64,000 nt of DNA from Opitutales bacterium (lineage in GTDB: Bacteria > Verrucomicrobiota > Verrucomicrobiia > Opitutales > UBA2987): contig CBDDEL010000010.1 in NCBI GenBank assembly GCA_965226885.1, positions 320,001 to 384,000 of the forward strand, read 5' to 3'. Positions 1-9,983 of this stretch are shown piece after piece (position 1 is the stretch's first letter; every line of letters begins with the position of its first letter). Position numbers and translations under genes: made by a program. A model generated the notes under the pieces. That model ran no database searches and was not told where the DNA came from. It worked only from the letters and a program-made list of their open reading frames with translations.

Positions 1-314
1 GTGATGAGCGAATTTTCGAAAAGAGATTCCTTGATGGCGAGCTGCTCCAAACTGGAAGCTGAAAGAAGCACTATATCGACGATATCCTGTCTGATTATGG
101 CCCTGATTTGATTCCGGATATCTTGCAGCGATTTCCAGGAACTCTCCGCACTTTCTATACCGTTGCGAGGTTTATGAGATGCCGGTCCCGGCGCCGCTAT
201 TCCGAAGGCCATGTCGGCGTCCTTAGCGTCGGCAATTATAAAATCCTTGGAACCCGAAGGATCGTTTCGAATTCGCTCGATTTTAAGGTCTAATCTATTC
301 TTTCCACTTTTCAT
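1..314 (-). CDS. Conserved hypothetical protein, 5' part (runs off the window)
   Basis: Manual translation from ATG at 314: MKSGKNRLDLKIERIRNDPSGSKDFIIADAKDADMAFGIAAPG...; open to base 1; function not assigned. Confidence 0.6.
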   Translation of the reverse strand, partial: MKSGKNRLDLKIERIRNDPSGSKDFIIADAKDADMAFGIAAPGPASHKPRNGIESAESSWKSLQDIRNQIRAIIRQDIVDIVLLSASSLEQLAIKESLFENSLI

Positions 315-538
315 TTTACGGTTATACGAGAAAAAATTTGATCGGGGAATAAAAAAATAGTTGAGGCCGGTGTGCACATGGGGGCCGTCAAGCTTGAAAA
401 CCTCGGGGCAAAGGTGTTGTTCTGGAAAAGAATCTGGACTAATGTAGCTGTCAAAGCTTAAAAGTGATGTGCACTGGAAAAAGTGGACACGAGATTCTCC
501 TAAATGGAGAATCGAAGCATGGGAAGAAGACGCTTTAG

Positions 539-2137
539 CCCGGATATTTCGTAAAAAAAGTATCGTTGATATGCTTAACTGCTGATATACAGCAGCGTTG
601 ATATGCTTAACTGCTGATATACAGCAGGATAGATCAATAATTAAAGCAATATCAGCGATGACAAAAGGTAAACAATTAAAGCTACAGTTGACAAGGGTAA
701 AAGGCCGCCGTGTGCGGGTTGATTTCAAGGGCGGAGAGGTTACTTCGGATGCCGGACTGCTTTTGATCCGGGAAGTGGATCGGCAGTTGGGCTTGACCGA
801 ACGAGCGGCCCGACAGTTAGTGGACAAACGGCAGAAGGGCAAAGTACGCCATGAGGTATTGGGGATGCTGCGGCAGCGCGTTTACGGGCTGGTGGCGGGC
901 CATGAGGATTTGAACGACTTTGACACCCTGCGCCGCGATCCTTTGTTGCAAACGGTAACGGGGCGCACTGAAGCGTTGGCCAGCGCGCTGACTTTGTGTC
1001 GTTTTGAAAACGGGCAGGATCGGCGGGCAGCCTTTGCCCTGAACGAGTTGCTGGTCGAACAGTTCATCGGATCCTTTGCCGAGGAACCCGAAGAGATCAT
1101 CCTGGACTTTGACGCCACCGACAATCCGGTGCACGGGCTCCAGGAGGGACGTTTTTTCCACGGTTATTATGATCATTACTGTTTTCTGCCGCTATATGTT
1201 TTTTGCGGTGATCAGCTGCTGGTGGCCTACCTGCGGCCGAGCAAGATCGATGCCAGCAAGCATGCCGGGGCCATCCTCAAATTGCTGGTTAAACGGATTC
1301 GCCAAAGCTGGCCCCGTACGCGGATTATTTGGCGCGCCGACAGTGGATTTTGTCGAGACCGGATACTCTCTTGGTGCGACCGCAACGAAGTTAGTTACAT
1401 CGTGGGGATGGCTCGCAATGCACGCTTGCAGCAAGACGCCCAGCAGTTGCAAAAGCAGGCCAAAGAATGGTTCGAACTAAGGGGTAAAAAACAACGGTTA
1501 TTCCAGGACTTCGTCTATGCTGCCGATTCGTGGCGCTGGCTGCGGTTGGTCATCCATAAAGCCGAACACACCGCACAGGGGTCCAACCCGCGCTTCGTGG
1601 TGACGAACCTGCCGGGCGATCCCCAGGAGCTTTACGACAAGGTATACTGTGGCCGCGGTGAAATGGAGAACCGAATCAAGGAACAGATGCAATTGTTCAG
1701 CGAGCGCACCAGCGCCCATCAATGGTGGGCCAATCAGTGGCGATTGCTCTTGTCGGCGCTGGCCTACACCTTGATGGAAGCCATGCGCCGGTTAGCCTTA
1801 AAAGGGACGAAGTGGGCGCGGGCCCAATGCCACACCCTGCGGCTCAAATTAATCAAGATCGGAGCGGTCATCGTGCGCAACACCCGAACGATTCACTTTC
1901 ACCTAAGTGAGAGTTATCCTTGGGCCAGTCTTTTCAACCATGCGGCCCGCCGATTGGTGCCAACCTAAAGGGTGCATTGGTGCTGCCCCCGGCACTACCG
2001 AACCAATGGGGGAAAGGGGGCAGTGTCTCTACACCCTGAAAAACACCTAAAAATCAAGACGATCTGCTCAAAATACAAAGAAATCCATCTCCAATAGCAA
2101 TAACGAGCCAAACTTTACCCTTCATGAAATATCCGGG
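539..2137 (+). mobile_element. IS1380-family element (allele A)
   Basis: IRs CCCGGATATTTC; TSD TTAG (535-538, 2138-2141); carries a private 32-bp tandem duplication at 564-627. Confidence 0.95.
598..1968 (+). CDS. IS1380-family DDE transposase
   Basis: 456-aa ORF with TSDAGLLL, LDFDATD, WRADSGF and RGEMENRIKE motifs; true start probably ATG 658. Confidence 0.93.
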   Translation: MICLTADIQQDRSIIKAISAMTKGKQLKLQLTRVKGRRVRVDFKGGEVTSDAGLLLIREVDRQLGLTERAARQLVDKRQKGKVRHEVLGMLRQRVYGLVAGHEDLNDFDTLRRDPLLQTVTGRTEALASALTLCRFENGQDRRAAFALNELLVEQFIGSFAEEPEEIILDFDATDNPVHGLQEGRFFHGYYDHYCFLPLYVFCGDQLLVAYLRPSKIDASKHAGAILKLLVKRIRQSWPRTRIIWRADSGFCRDRILSWCDRNEVSYIVGMARNARLQQDAQQLQKQAKEWFELRGKKQRLFQDFVYAADSWRWLRLVIHKAEHTAQGSNPRFVVTNLPGDPQELYDKVYCGRGEMENRIKEQMQLFSERTSAHQWWANQWRLLLSALAYTLMEAMRRLALKGTKWARAQCHTLRLKLIKIGAVIVRNTRTIHFHLSESYPWASLFNHAARRLVPT

Positions 2138-2414
2138 TTAGTATAGAGTTCAAAAATGAGGCAGTTCAACTGATGATACTCGATGGTCTGAGCGCCACCG
2201 AGGTATCGACCAAACTTGGGGTCAACACCAACCAATTGTATAGGTGGAAGAGGCTCTATCTGGACGATCAGCAGGGCGAAGCCACCTCAAAGCGACAGAG
2301 CAGTCCGAAGGAGATGGCGGCCGAGATAGATCGTCTTCGCAAAGAGCTGCGCCGCTCGGAGCGGATCAACCAGATACTAAAAAAAACGGTGGGCTACTTT
2401 GCCAAGGACGAACA

Positions 2415-3332
2415 ATGAAGTACCAGTTTGTCAAAGACAACGAGGGGCGCTTCAAGATCGAGGAAATATGCTCGGCGATGGGGATTTGTCGCAGTGGCTA
2501 TTACTGCTGGAGGCACCGAGCGCCCTCGGCCCGGCGGATCGAGGACGAGGGAATCAAGGGGGCGATCCTGAAGGTACACAAAGAGGCCAAGGGCCGCTAT
2601 GGGCATCGGCCAATGCACCGCCATCTGAAGGATGATGAGGGCATCGATTGCGGCCGTGACCGGGCTCTGCGTCTGATGCGTGAAATGGGAATCAAAAGCA
2701 CCCAGAGTAAACGCTTTAAGCCATTAAAAACCAACAGTAACCATCCCTATGGTTACAGCCCCAATGTGCTTAAAAAGCATGGCCAGCCGACCCATATCGA
2801 CGAGGTCTGGGTGGCGGACACGACCTACCTACGGACCCTGGCCGGTTGGATGTACTTGGCCACGGTGATGGACCTGTTCAGCCGACGCCTGCTGGGCTGG
2901 AGCGTTTCCAACCACAACGACGCGAAGCTGGTTGGCAAGGCCCTCAAAGCCGCGGCCATGACCCGCGGCACACTGCGCACCGGGATTATTCATCACAGCG
3001 ATCGGGGCAGCCCCTACGCCAGCGACGACTATCAGAGGCTGGTCTCTGAACTAGGCATGAAGCCGAGCATGAGCGCCCAAGGCAACTGCTACGACAACGC
3101 GGCCATGGAATCGTTCTACGGCCGCTTCAAGACCAGCACGATTCGAGGCCGCCACTTTGCCGACGAGCGCGAACTGCGATCAACTGTCTTCGAATACGTG
3201 GAAATCTTCTACAACCGATATCGCAAACATTCCTCTCTGAGTTACCAAAGCCCAGTCCAATTCGAGGAAAATATTTGCCCCCCATGGGGGGCAACGAGAA
3301 AACAAAACCCTTTACCAAAACAAGCCGCCTGA
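2415..3332 (+). CDS. IS3-family OrfB transposase (type A)
   Basis: WVADTTY, HSDRGSPY, CYDNAAMESFY; ATGA overlap with orfA and an upstream A8C slippery run. Confidence 0.92.
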   Translation: MKYQFVKDNEGRFKIEEICSAMGICRSGYYCWRHRAPSARRIEDEGIKGAILKVHKEAKGRYGHRPMHRHLKDDEGIDCGRDRALRLMREMGIKSTQSKRFKPLKTNSNHPYGYSPNVLKKHGQPTHIDEVWVADTTYLRTLAGWMYLATVMDLFSRRLLGWSVSNHNDAKLVGKALKAAAMTRGTLRTGIIHHSDRGSPYASDDYQRLVSELGMKPSMSAQGNCYDNAAMESFYGRFKTSTIRGRHFADERELRSTVFEYVEIFYNRYRKHSSLSYQSPVQFEENICPPWGATRKQNPLPKQAA

Positions 3333-3488
3333 CACACTAATCAATAAACAATGAATATAAGAGAATCCCGTGTCCAACAAATCCAGTACACGTCAAAGCA
3401 CCCGGACTGATAACCGCGAACTCCCGTTTGTTGATGAGCGATTTGCCATCGGCGGCAACATCGAAAGCAATCATATTTTGGTAGTGTA

Positions 3489-5312
3489 GAGGCTGTCCCA
3501 AAAGGGTGATTTTTGCGAGGGCTTTTGATAGGCACTCATTTTAGAGGTATTTGCATTTGGGAGAGTATCAACTTTGCTCTCCTATGACGTTAGGATACTG
3601 GTTTTGGGGTCCGGTTGCCTGGTTTTCTTTGTATGAGCCGACAGTACGGCTGTGAAAAAGTATTGTCCTTGCTTTTCCGCTCTCTAGGCCGCCGCTTTGG
3701 TTTTTAGTTCGTCTTGCTGGGCCAGCATCTTGGCTACTTTCCATAGGTTGTGCGAGAGTACCGACCAGGCTACGCTGATCGAGCGGTTGGCAAAGCCTTT
3801 GCTGCGCAACCGCCCGGCCTGCCAGCGATTCTTCAATACCCCGATCCGCCCTTCGGTGCTGGCCCGGCGCTTTTGCAATTGTCTGAACAGTGGTTCCTCC
3901 CTCCGTTTTTTCAACTGCTTCGGATCGCGTGGACAGAGCGCGTCGTAGATTCCCTCCTGGGCTAACTGCCGGCGGGCCCGCTGGGAGGCAAATCCCCGGT
4001 CCGCGCACATGGCCGCTATGGGTTCTTCCAGGTTGAAGCGGTTCTGTCTTTGCAAACTCTCTTGCATTTGTTCATTTTCGCTTGGAGTTCGGCTGCCGTA
4101 GAGTTTCCAGTCCAGCAGGTACCCTTCAACGCTTTCTCCCAAAAACAGGGTGTTGCCGAACTCGACCTCTTGGCCCGCTTTACCTCGCACAATCACCTGC
4201 CCATCGAGTTCGTAAACACTCAAGACTTTCTCTGCGTTTTTCACCTGGCGGCAGCCAATGATCCGCTCGTGCGCCTGTTTGATGACCACCGGGATTTGCT
4301 CGCTCATGCGCTCCATCCGGGCGAGGATCTGTTGGACCTGTTTTTCGCTGTAATCGCTTTGCTCCCAGCAGGCTTGCAATAATTCCCGGTGACTGCGGGC
4401 ATGCTCCCCGATCCGTTTGAGCAGCTTTTTCATCTGCCTCAAGATACCCTTGCGCTGCCGCGCGCTGTCCTTTCGCCGCCGGCTGTGGGTCATCTGTATG
4501 CACAGCCGATTCATCTGCCGAGCCAAGGGCTCCGGTTCGATCGGCATGCGATGGCGCACACCGGCCTTCTCGCGGATCAGCCGGATCGCTTTGAGCAACG
4601 TGCCGGCTACATCCTTGAGTAATACCCAGTCCGTCGGCCAATGAATGTTAGCCTCCAAACAGGTGCCGTCGATCAGGCAAATGGTGGTGTCAATCGGCTT
4701 GTCCAATCCCACCTGCCGGGCCAGAAGGGCATCGCCCACCACCTCAGTCAAGGTCCGGTGCAAGGCCCTCAACTGCTCTTCGCTGAAAAACTTCGAGGCC
4801 CGCTCCAGGGTGCTTTTGGAGATGCCCCTGATGCCATCGATCTGCCGGACACGGCAAAAGTCGGCCAACAGATCGCTGCTGCCCAGAGCCCGCGACAAAT
4901 GCCGAAACGAAATCCCTCCGAGCAGACGGCCCAGCGTATCCATGCGCAGTGCCTTGATGGCAAAACTGGCCCGCTGCCGCCGGGCCTTTAGACCCATTGG
5001 CGGCCACCCCTCCAAGGCCAGCTCAATGGCCTGCGATTCCACCTCCGAGTCGATCAGCAGCCGATCGATTCGATCAATGGTGGCGCGGAAGTTATCGTAA
5101 TCGAGGCACCGGTCGACCACAGTTAAAGCTGGACGCAGGAGGCATTGGATGGCTATATTTTTCATAGAACATAGAAAGGGCTATATTGATTTTCGCTAAC
5201 TCAATTATAGAACCCTTTTTTGGCCGGATCGAGCAAAAACTTGCTCTTTCCGGCTCTTTTTATCAACGTCATCCAGTTGACTATAAAATCTTTATATTTT
5301 TGGGACAGCCTC
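3489..5312 (-). mobile_element. IS5/ISNCY-like element, copy 1
   Basis: IRs GAGGCTGTCCCAAAA; flanks differ (AGTGTA vs TAACTA), so no TSD; family assignment tentative. Confidence 0.88.
3684..5165 (-). CDS. DDE transposase, IS5/ISNCY-like
   Basis: 493 aa; IDGTCLEANIHWPTD, GKAGQEVEFG, ADRGF, RASTEGRIGVLK. Confidence 0.88.
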   Translation of the reverse strand: MKNIAIQCLLRPALTVVDRCLDYDNFRATIDRIDRLLIDSEVESQAIELALEGWPPMGLKARRQRASFAIKALRMDTLGRLLGGISFRHLSRALGSSDLLADFCRVRQIDGIRGISKSTLERASKFFSEEQLRALHRTLTEVVGDALLARQVGLDKPIDTTICLIDGTCLEANIHWPTDWVLLKDVAGTLLKAIRLIREKAGVRHRMPIEPEPLARQMNRLCIQMTHSRRRKDSARQRKGILRQMKKLLKRIGEHARSHRELLQACWEQSDYSEKQVQQILARMERMSEQIPVVIKQAHERIIGCRQVKNAEKVLSVYELDGQVIVRGKAGQEVEFGNTLFLGESVEGYLLDWKLYGSRTPSENEQMQESLQRQNRFNLEEPIAAMCADRGFASQRARRQLAQEGIYDALCPRDPKQLKKRREEPLFRQLQKRRASTEGRIGVLKNRWQAGRLRSKGFANRSISVAWSVLSHNLWKVAKMLAQQDELKTKAAA

Positions 5313-5437
5313 TAACTATGCATTTCCAAACCGGCTCATTAACGGAGGCTGGTGGCCGCGAAATTGGCCTTTCCCGCATCTGGTTTTGCCTTCAACGCCT
5401 CAATCGGCCCATATTGAACACGTCTGGTTTTTTGAGG

Positions 5438-5986
5438 TTATTGGGATCCGCCTGTTTCTAATAGGTGATCGACAACGATCATGCTCAGAGCCAGGCGTTC
5501 TTCATGTGATCCCGAGATGGGGACGTCTTTAATTTTACGTCGATTCAGCTCCTTCCGTATCAATTTTTGCATATTTTTCCGAGCTTCCGGCCGGGTTCGT
5601 TGAATGGGATCGGGAACCCACGGAATATCATCCTGGGCAAAGAGGGTCAGATCGTAATTCTCCTCCTTCGCCTCTTGTCGAACCGCTTCCGGACATTCCC
5701 CGAAGTAAAATTCGCTGTAAAGAACCGTCATCATGAGGTTGGTGTCGCAGAATAATATCCGGTTGGCTTGGGCTGTGAGGGCGGTTTCCCTTTCCATCTG
5801 GCCGCGGGCAATTTTGGCAATATCGACAGCCGCTGGTAGGGATTTTTTTTTATCGACGAATTCCCGTACGCACTCAGGAACCCAAACCGTTTTATAATGC
5901 CGGGCCAATGCGCGGGCCAGAGTCGTTTTGCCGGTGCATTCGGCCCCCACGATGGCCACCCGTTTTATTTGAGTGTCTTTTTCCAT
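5438..5986 (-). CDS. NadR-type P-loop ATPase/kinase (AAA_28)
   Basis: GAECTGKTTL Walker A, VPECVRE, FCDT, DIPWVPD; overlaps the 3' end of pnuC. Confidence 0.85.
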   Translation of the reverse strand: MEKDTQIKRVAIVGAECTGKTTLARALARHYKTVWVPECVREFVDKKKSLPAAVDIAKIARGQMERETALTAQANRILFCDTNLMMTVLYSEFYFGECPEAVRQEAKEENYDLTLFAQDDIPWVPDPIQRTRPEARKNMQKLIRKELNRRKIKDVPISGSHEERLALSMIVVDHLLETGGSQ

Positions 5987-6543
5987 TCGATAAAACCGAG
6001 AGCTGCCAGGACGAGGAAAAAAGCGTATAGCCCGGCCGTCGGGTAGAGACCCTTATAGATATAAATGGCCACATAGAGGGTGTCCACAGCCAGCCAGACA
6101 AGCCAGCATTCGAGGACCTTTCGGGCCATCAGCCATTGGGCCATCAGGCTGACCACCGTGGTGGCGGAATCCCAGTATGGAATATCGGCGTCGGTTCTGG
6201 TCTCCAATAGCCAGCCGACCAGGGGTATGGCTGCCATGCCAGTGAAAACCAGAGCGAGCCCATGTCGCCGATGCAGCCGGGACACCTGCAATTCACTTTT
6301 TTTATCCGGGCCAGGGCCGGCATCGCCATGAAGCCAATGCCACCAGCCGTAAAGAGATACCCCTATATAGAAAGCCTGCAGGCCCATATCCGCGTATAAA
6401 CGGACTTGAAAAAAGATATAGAGGTATAAGATGATATTGACCAAGCCAACTGGCCAGCACCAGATATTCTGGCGAATGGTTAGCCATACGCCGGCCACTC
6501 CAAATATTACTCCGAAAATTTCAATCCAATCGAATTCCATCAT
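5965..6543 (-). CDS. pnuC: Nicotinamide riboside transporter PnuC
   Basis: Hydrophobic; WPVGL, LYADMGLQ, YGWWHW, PYWDS, AQWLMARK, WLVWLAVD. Confidence 0.9.
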   Translation of the reverse strand: MMEFDWIEIFGVIFGVAGVWLTIRQNIWCWPVGLVNIILYLYIFFQVRLYADMGLQAFYIGVSLYGWWHWLHGDAGPGPDKKSELQVSRLHRRHGLALVFTGMAAIPLVGWLLETRTDADIPYWDSATTVVSLMAQWLMARKVLECWLVWLAVDTLYVAIYIYKGLYPTAGLYAFFLVLAALGFIEWKKTLK

Positions 6544-6604
6544 GCATAGTGAATAAAGAGACTCATCCAACGATGGCACCCAACCCGAAGCAAGATAAAA
6601 CACT

Positions 6605-7354
6605 GTGTTAAAATTTCACTACTCCCACCCACTTGCACTCGGCCTCGGCCTCTTGGTCTTGGCGTTTCATTTTCCCCTCCAGGCGGAGGTCGAGCAGATC
6701 GAGATGAAAATTCTGCCAGGGCTCATGGAGGCGGCAAAAGTCAGCGGCAAGGTCTTTTTTGAGTTCAAAGGCCAATCCTTCCGCGTAAAAAAACGATCCA
6801 GGGCGGTTCAGGGAGTGGTCGTCAACGCCCATCCCAAAAGCAGCGTCGTTTTGTTAATGGCCAACGGGACCGCTATCTCCCTGCAAGGACCCGCCAAAGT
6901 AAAAATCGAACGCTTTCTAGTCGAGGCATACAACCAGCCACCCGTCTCCCCGTCGCGCTCAAAGACGGAACCCGAACCCAGTTCCTCCGACACCCTTCTG
7001 CGGCTGTTTTTCGGGGACATTGTTATCGAAACCAAAGTTTTGCACGAAAACTCCAGCTTCATCGTCCAAACGCCCTTCGGAAACGTCAGCCCCATTCCCA
7101 ACGATTACGGTTTTAAGACCCTCTTTCGCATACGCTACAGCGAAGATTACCCCATGCTGGCGGCCTGGGAAGGCCTCGTGAAACTGGAATCGCCGGAAAA
7201 CGAACCCCGCATAGTGGCCCGCGACGAGCAACTATTCGTCCACCCCGAAAAAGGCCTCCTGCTGGCCCCCGGCCTGACCGCCGGCAACATCCGCCGCTTC
7301 GAGCAAACCATGGCCATCCTTCAAAACACCCAACAACGCTTCCGCACGAAGTAA
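6605..7354 (+). CDS. Secreted protein with FecR-like beta domain
   Basis: Signal peptide; SSVVLLMANGT, LRLFFGDI, SSFIVQTPFG resemble FecR-like domains. Confidence 0.55.
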   Translation: MLKFHYSHPLALGLGLLVLAFHFPLQAEVEQIEMKILPGLMEAAKVSGKVFFEFKGQSFRVKKRSRAVQGVVVNAHPKSSVVLLMANGTAISLQGPAKVKIERFLVEAYNQPPVSPSRSKTEPEPSSSDTLLRLFFGDIVIETKVLHENSSFIVQTPFGNVSPIPNDYGFKTLFRIRYSEDYPMLAAWEGLVKLESPENEPRIVARDEQLFVHPEKGLLLAPGLTAGNIRRFEQTMAILQNTQQRFRTK

Positions 7355-8785
7355 AAGCAACCAAAACTACATTCCGCCCTTGACATCCAAACTAGGTTAT
7401 GCTTAATTATTGCATTCCGACCTGCAAAGCTCGATATGCGCCAAAACATGACCAAGCCCAGCCTGGCGGCAACTTTTCTAACTTTTCTACTGCTGCTGTT
7501 TTTCTTGCTCCTTCCGATAGCAGGAAATGGGGAAGAAGTCACCTTGGTCAAAGATATTGAGGATGCTGTAATCGGAGGGTATAAGGGAAATCCCGTCGCA
7601 CTGAATGGATATCTTTATTTTTTAGGCGAAGATCTTGCCCACGGTGTAGAAATTTGGAGAAGCGACGGCACTACGGAAGGCACGGAGCTTTTCGCGGATA
7701 TCAGGAAAGGGCCGGAAAGTGATTTCGCACATCCCAATCCGTTTTCCGGCGATTACCGCGCACCCAGATTAGCGCGCTCGGGAGATTATATTTTTTTTCC
7801 GGGAAACGACGGCGGGGGGTACAATGGCTTATGGAAAACCGATGGCACAATTGAAGAAACGCAACCGGTCAAGAATTTCCCATCGGATGAGCAAACCCCG
7901 AACCTGGGAAGTTTAACCGATGTCGCCGGCAACCTATATTTTACGGCTTACGGGGATAGGGAATTATGGATTTCGGACGGCACAGAGGAAGGCACGATTC
8001 TTTATATGGAATCTGATGCCGAAAACGATATCGAGAACTTCCGGCGCTTAACCAATGTAAATGGAGAGCTGTTTTTTTTCAGCAACCACGGCACTAAAAT
8101 GTGGAAAATCAACGGCGCACAGGCAGCCGCTGTTGAATTGTGGGATTTCGAGGATAACCGTGTTACCTTTATTGGCGAACCCAATGATGATTATAATGGA
8201 TTCCTGTATTTTGCGACCACAGATGGAAGAAACCACCAAATGTGGAAAACCGATGGCACCGAAGGCGGCACGACGCCTATAGAAAATCCAGGTCTATCTA
8301 ATTTCGGAATGTTTCTACCCGTAGGCGACAGCCTTATTTTTGTGGCGGACTCTCCCGAAACAGGGACAGAACTATGGGTTACGGACGGTGCCGATAATGG
8401 AGCGCAGCTCTTCGTTGACGTAAACCCCGGCGCAGACGATGGATATCCACATGATCTAATCTATTTTTCTGGAGAACTTTTTTTTACAGCTTTGAACGGC
8501 ACATCAGGTGGAGAACTTTTTCGATCGAATGGAACGCCAAAGGGAACACATCTCCTCAAAGATATTTATCCGGGAAAACGAAGCGGTGCGGGCGGTGAAA
8601 TGGTCCTGTTCGGCGATTATCTTTATTTTCGAGCTTTGGACCCCACAAATGGAGTCTCCCTTTGGCGAACGGATGGAACCGAAGATGGAACGAAGTTGAT
8701 TCATTCGATAAATGATTGGACATGACGTGTACTGGATTTGTTGGACACGGGATTCTCTTATATTCATTGTTTATTGATTAGTGTG

Positions 8786-9706
8786 TCAGGCGGCTTGTTT
8801 TGGTAAAGGGTTTTGTTTTCTCGTTGCCCCCCATGGGGGGCAAATATTTTCCTCGAATTGGACTGGGCTTTGGTAACTCAGAGAGGAATGTTTGCGATAT
8901 CGGTTGTAGAAGATTTCCACGTATTCGAAGACAGTTGATCGCAGTTCGCGCTCGTCGGCAAAAAAGTGGCGGCCTCGAATCGTGCTGGTCTTGAAGCGGC
9001 CGTAGAACGATTCCATGGCCGCGTTGTCGTAGCAGTTGCCTTGGGCGCTCATGCTCGGCTTCATGCCTAGTTCAGAGACCAGCCTCTGATAGTCGTCGCT
9101 GGCGTAGGGGCTGCCCCGATCGCTGTGATGAATAATCCCGGTGCGCAGTGTGCCGCGGGTCATGGCCGCGGCTTTGAGGGCCTTGCCAACCAGCTTCGCG
9201 TCGTTGTGGTTGGAAACGCTCCAGCCCAGCAGGCGTCGGCTGAACAGGTCCATCACCGTGGCCAAGTACATCCAACCGGCCAGGGTCCGTAGGTAGGTCG
9301 TGTCCGCCACCCAGACCTCGTCGATATGGGTCGGCTGGCCATGCTTTTTAAGCACATTGGGGCTGTAACCATAGGGATGGTTACTGTTGGTTTTTAATGG
9401 CTTAAAGCGTTTACTCTGGGTGCTTTTGATTCCCATTTCACGCATCAGACGCAGAGCCCGGTCACGGCCGCAATCGATGCCCTCATCATCCTTCAGATGG
9501 CGGTGCATTGGCCGATGCCCATAGCGGCCCTTGGCCTCTTTGTGTACCTTCAGGATCGCCCCCTTGATTCCCTCGTCCTCGATCCGCCGGGCCGAGGGCG
9601 CTCGGGGCCTCCAGCAGTAATAGCCACTGCGACAAATCCCCATCGCCGAGCATATTTCCTCGATCTTGAAGCGCCCCTCGTTGTCTTTGACAAACTGGTA
9701 CTTCAT
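8786..9706 (-). CDS. IS3-family OrfB transposase (type A)
   Basis: Near-identical to 2415-3332; extra Phe codon (RHFFAD) and an H>P change. Confidence 0.9.
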   Translation of the reverse strand: MKYQFVKDNEGRFKIEEICSAMGICRSGYYCWRPRAPSARRIEDEGIKGAILKVHKEAKGRYGHRPMHRHLKDDEGIDCGRDRALRLMREMGIKSTQSKRFKPLKTNSNHPYGYSPNVLKKHGQPTHIDEVWVADTTYLRTLAGWMYLATVMDLFSRRLLGWSVSNHNDAKLVGKALKAAAMTRGTLRTGIIHHSDRGSPYASDDYQRLVSELGMKPSMSAQGNCYDNAAMESFYGRFKTSTIRGRHFFADERELRSTVFEYVEIFYNRYRKHSSLSYQSPVQFEENICPPWGATRKQNPLPKQAA

Positions 9707-9983
9707 TGTTCGTCCTTGGCAAAGTAGCCCACCGTTTTTTTTAGTATCTGGTTGATCCGCTCCGAGCGGCGCAGCTCTTTGCGAAGACGATCTATCTCGG
9801 CCGCCATCTCCTTCGGACTGCTCTGTCGCTTTGAGGTGGCTTCGCCCTGCTGATCGTCCAGATAGAGCCTCTTCCACCTATACAATTGGTTGGTGTTGAC
9901 CCCAAGTTTGGTCGATACCTCGGTGGCGCTCAGACCATCGAGTATCATCAGTTGAACTGCCTCATTTTTGAACTCTATACTAA

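Larger units (their letters stand above)
465..3395 (+). mobile_element. IS3-family element type A, with IS1380 nested in orfA
   Basis: Ends TGATGTGCACTGG.../...CCAGTACACGTCA; 3-bp target duplication AAG (462-464, 3396-3398); 1328 bp once the nested IS and one TSD are removed, equal to the un-nested copy at 55860. Confidence 0.95.
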
